The notes beneath the pieces were generated by a model, which had not been told where the DNA came from, made no database searches, and saw only the letters and a list, made by a program, of their open reading frames with translations. Positions 52,685 to 64,000 of a stretch of 64,000 nt of DNA are shown one piece after another (position 1 is the first letter of the stretch; the number at the start of each line of letters is the position of its first letter). The DNA is taken from the NCBI RefSeq assembly GCF_009914755.1, contig NC_060934.1. One strand, 5' to 3'. Made by a program: the position numbers and the translations under genes. This DNA comes from the human T2T-CHM13v2.0 reference genome, Homo sapiens.

Positions 52685-53280
52685 CCGCCGCACTTTCCAG
52701 CAGGGATCGGAGGACGACCCGAGTCCCAAGAGTGGGGTTTTGCTTTTTAAAAGGAGAGAGGAGGGGTGATGGCAGGGGAGTGGAGGGTGGCCGGGCAGGT
52801 CCTGCCGGCGCAGGGAGCCCTCTGCCCTTCACACTCTCCTCCAAAAGAGCCTCCATCTGTAAGGAAGCAGGTCTCCGCGAGGGGTTTCTTTCCATGTGTT
52901 TTCCTCCTGTTGTTTTAGAACTTTTTTAAAAAAACAGACCTCGTTTTAGATTTATAGCATTGACTTTTACACACATTCACACAAGAAAAAAATCCTTTCA
53001 AAATTCTTAAATCTTCTGTTCCTCCTTTTTCCAAGGGAAGAGGGCAAAAAGTGGCCTGGGCTCTGTTGGTGTGCGTGTTCCGTGGCGGAGAGAAGAAAAT
53101 GGGAAAGACATCTCACTGGTGCTTTTCTCTTTTGTTTTAGTGCCCCCCGCCCCCATCCCTATAATATCTGTAACTACTCCTAAAAAGGTTTTGATTCAGG
53201 CTTTTTTTTGGTTTCATTTTGTTTTTTTAAGAAAAAGAAAATGAAAGGAAAAAAATAAAAGATCCAGTGTCTTTCTTACA
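52685..53280 (+). other. MACROH2A2: MACROH2A2 3'UTR (about 600 nt; exact end inferred)
   Basis: Follows the stop codon; U-rich tracts; ends shortly after AATAAA at 53254-53259. Confidence 0.85.
53254..53259 (+). terminator. MACROH2A2: Poly(A) signal AATAAA of MACROH2A2
   Basis: Canonical hexamer followed by GU/U-rich sequence (gtgtctttctt...ttcttttatt). Confidence 0.88.
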
Positions 53281-53289
53281 ACATATTCT

Positions 53290-53295
53290 TTTATT
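53290..53295 (-). terminator. AIFM2: Distal poly(A) signal AATAAA of AIFM2
   Basis: TTTATT on +; on the - strand it is followed by a strongly U-rich tract (reverse complement of 53231-53260). Confidence 0.85.
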
Positions 53296-54246
53296 GCAAC
53301 ATTTTCCTCAGTTTGGAAAACTGTGTCCCCACACGTAGGTCCTTCTAGAATATTGTAAGTCAATAGAAGAAGGCCTGTCGCTCACACACTGGGATTCCCA
53401 CCTCGCTGGACCCCAGGTCAGATAGCACCAGGGCCTGTGTTTCTTAGGCCGAAGGTCCTGCCTCCAGGAAGGTGGGCTTCCCTTCGTGGTCCATAAAGAA
53501 AGACAGATACTTGGATGCAACCACCAGGGGAACAGCCATCCTCCAATAGAGGCACACGACTCACTTAGGCCTGGGCGACAGCCCCAACGGGATGGCCTGA
53601 GAACCCCAGAGAGGCTGGTGTCCCAAGGACTCTGCCCGAGTACCCAGAGGCCACCATCAAAAGGGAGCAGGGAGGGGCAGGGTGGGGAGGTGGGGCCTGA
53701 ATTTCTTCAGATGAACTCATCAACCACTTCTGCTATGCAGATTTAACCCAGGCAGTCCAAGAGGGGCTCCTCTGGATTGGAAGATCTCTCCCAAATAGAG
53801 GAATCATTTATACACTGTAACATAGTCGGTGGCAGACATTAGTGCCCAGCTGGGCCTCCAGACAAGTGACCCTGGGGTTGGCCAGGAAACCAGAAGCACA
53901 AAACCACAAAGTCCCTCAAGGGCCCTCTCCCCATTCCCAGCATCAGCTGGAGTTTTGTCACTTACAAATCTGCCCATAAGTAACCTAGAAATATGCTGGG
54001 GGTCACCCGCAGAAACCCCCTCTGCTCGCTAATGGGTAAGCAGATGGCACCCCGCAAAGAGTCACATTATCTGCCCTTCCTTAAACACCTCCAATGGCTG
54101 GCAGGCCAGGCTGCAGTCTCAACCCCTGCTAGCCGTGTAAAAATGCACTCTGTCAGGGTGGGGTAACCAGAAGAGCACATTTATCTAGCTCTTTCTTCTT
54201 AAATGAAACCTGTGGTATGGAGTAGGATCTAAAAGTGGAAATGTGC

Positions 54247-54553
<307 letters not shown>

Positions 54554-55001
54554 AGTGGAAATGTAGGAAGGCCATGAGGCTTAAGGAGCACAGGGATTAT
54601 GCACCTGTTAGCAAATTGAAAACAAGGCTCCTGTGAAGTCCCTGGTTGTTGCAGAATGTATGGGCTCCCCGACCGTGTGATGGCAGAGATTTGGGGTGCT
54701 GGGCCTCTCTCCACCTCAGGTCCCTCCTTTGTTCTCAATGTGCAGCTCTCCTTCCTGCCCTCACAGACAGACACTGGCCACCAGAGCCCAGCAATCTGCC
54801 CTGCTCTGAGAGCTCTAAATGGCACGCGTCATGACCACAAGCACGTACACACACATGCACATCCCAGAGGAGGCAGGTGCAGAGGAAGGGCTGGCTGTGG
54901 CCTCCCCAGCACCATGCAGCCAGCACACATGAGCCGCTCACCCAGTACCACAGCAAGCACACCTTCCAAACCCAGAAAGTATCCTCTAAGGGGGGTATTT
55001 G

Positions 55002-55007
55002 TTTAAT
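55002..55007 (-). terminator. AIFM2: Candidate proximal poly(A) signal ATTAAA of AIFM2
   Basis: TTTAAT on +; UGUA about 30 nt upstream and a GU-rich tract downstream on the - strand. Confidence 0.6.
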
Positions 55008-55178
55008 ACCTCTCTCTCTCCCATTTTTGTTTTATACAAGTTGCATTTCTAGCCACCACATCATTGGCATCTTATTCCAGAAGAATAGCATTAGTTCTAG
55101 CACTTGCCAGGCGGGTGCCATGCGCCAAGCAGTCCGTACGCCCACCTGCTGCGGTAGTTCTCCCGCCTGGCCTCTCCA

Positions 55179-62211
<7,033 letters not shown>

Positions 62212-62223
62212 CTGAGAGAAACC

Positions 62224-62249
62224 AAAAAAAAAAAAAAAAAAAAAAAAAA
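62224..62249 (-). repeat. T26 mononucleotide run in the AIFM2 exon 4 acceptor
   Basis: 26 A on +. Confidence 0.97.
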
Positions 62250-62695
62250 GATGAGGGTAGGGCAGGGCAGGGCAGGCCTAGGCCTCTGCATCCTACTCCC
62301 GGCCTGCCAGCCGGGACAAACCAGGCAAAGAGGCCCCTCTAGGCACCCGAGGCAGCCCCCATGGGAGGGGGTGAAACCACCACACTGGTTAGCCCAAAGG
62401 ATGGCACTAGAACCTGGGGAAAGACCTAAGGAAGTAGAGTTTACCTCCGCGTGGAGAATGTGGGGGCAACTGGAGCCACCCAGCATGGCAGTGGGAGGGG
62501 TGCCTGGAAGCAGGAGGCAGGGCTGCAGGATAGGACACTGCCCACGGGAGTTAGCTCAGAACCTCCCGGGTGTTTTAGAAGAACCCTCCTCCTGCCTCCG
62601 CCAGGAAGAAAAGAAAGGGAAAGAAAGAAAGACTGATCAGTAGTGGCATCACATCTGTGAACAGCCACTGCACTGAGCAACATACCAAGACCCCA

Positions 62696-62805
62696 TATTA
62701 ATTTAATTTTTAAATTAAAAATAAATAATAAAATAATTTAATTTTTATTAAATATTTTATTAAAAAATAATTTAATTTTTTTAAATTAAAAATAAAAAAA
62801 ATTTT
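62696..62805. repeat. Pure-AT low-complexity, quasi-palindromic tract
   Basis: About 110 nt with no G or C. Confidence 0.9.
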
Positions 62806-62806
62806 A

Positions 62807-63095
<289 letters not shown>

Positions 63096-63699
63096 AATTA
63101 AAAAAAATTTTTTTTAATTAAAAAAATTGTAAACAAAGAAAAGGAAATCTTGTTTGGAGCCTAAATATATAAAGTTGACAAAAACAGAGCTGCTCCAATG
63201 GGAGGGGCTGGAGGGCCTGGACTCCACTCAGCCCCTACTTTCCCCTGAACCTCCAAGATGCCCTCATGGAATCTTCCAGGGCTCTGAAACGCATGGCTGG
63301 AGACTGCAGGACCAGGGGACACTCAGTAATCTTTCCAACCAGGAAACTATCTGGCCCCATTAATTCAAGAAGGGCTGGGTCACACGAAATCACAACTCAT
63401 CAAGGAAAGGAATTGTGTTTCCTTTTGTCAACGCCCCCTTAGCTTCAAACACCAAATGGGGCTGGGCTGGACATGACACTCATCCAGAGCTGGTGGCAGC
63501 TTATCGATGGAGCTGAAGTCATGGCAGGTGTGTTCCAGGCTCCATGATGCACATGTGAGGTGGGGGAACACACAAATGAGTGAAGGGAAACCTCTGCCCC
63601 AGTGACGTCCCGATCCGGGGGATGTGGGACCATGCGTGTGCCTTTTTGTTCTAGACAGAGCCGAGGGCTGGCCAGGCCTGGGAGTTGTCTGGGACGCTG

Positions 63700-63920
63700 G
63701 CTTTTAGAGCATGGGCTCTGGGCTAAAATTGCATGGGTTCAAATCCTAGTTCAGTCTCTTACCAGCTGTGGGATCTTAAGCAAGCCATTTAACCCTTTAG
63801 CTTCTCTGTAAAATGAAGTTATACCACCTTCGCCATAGAGGCACGGTAAACATTCATGAGACTTACGTAAAGGCTACAAACAGGGCCTGGCATGCAGGAA
63901 TTACACAAGAAATATCTGCC
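63700..63920. mobile_element. MIR
   Basis: gggttcaaatcctag...accagctgtggg...caagccatttaacc...ctgtaaaatg. Confidence 0.8.
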
Positions 63921-64000
63921 ACCATATTCTTGTGGTTGCTGTGGTCAAGCCTTTGTTTATGAGGAATCCGCTATCTGCCCAGCACCAGGCAGGGCTTGGG

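Overview
Human (primate) genomic DNA, rich in Alu, L1, MaLR and DNA-transposon relics. On the + strand it holds the complete coding sequence of MACROH2A2 (H2AFY2), coding exons 2-9. They splice into 1119 nt (372 aa + stop), and the non-coding exon 1 and promoter lie upstream of the window. On the - strand it holds the 3' part of AIFM2 (FSP1/AMID), exons 4-9; exons 1-3 lie beyond the right edge. The two genes are tail-to-tail, with AATAAA signals facing each other 30 nt apart. Almost all other ORFs in the track are Alu-, microsatellite- or chance-derived. I found no new protein-coding system. The most testable leads are regulatory or RNA-processing: (1) a shared bidirectional poly(A) site with G-rich putative pause elements on both sides; (2) an intact sense THE1 LTR with a DUX4-like motif, TATA-like box and splice donor just upstream of the ATG-bearing MACROH2A2 exon; (3) a T26 tract in the AIFM2 exon 4 acceptor (candidate MSI target); (4) an AIFM2 exon that re-creates a 5' splice site at its own start; (5) alternative AIFM2 3' ends. 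Exon numbers and repeat subfamily names come from recall of known gene models and consensus sequences, not from a database search. Repeat boundaries are approximate.
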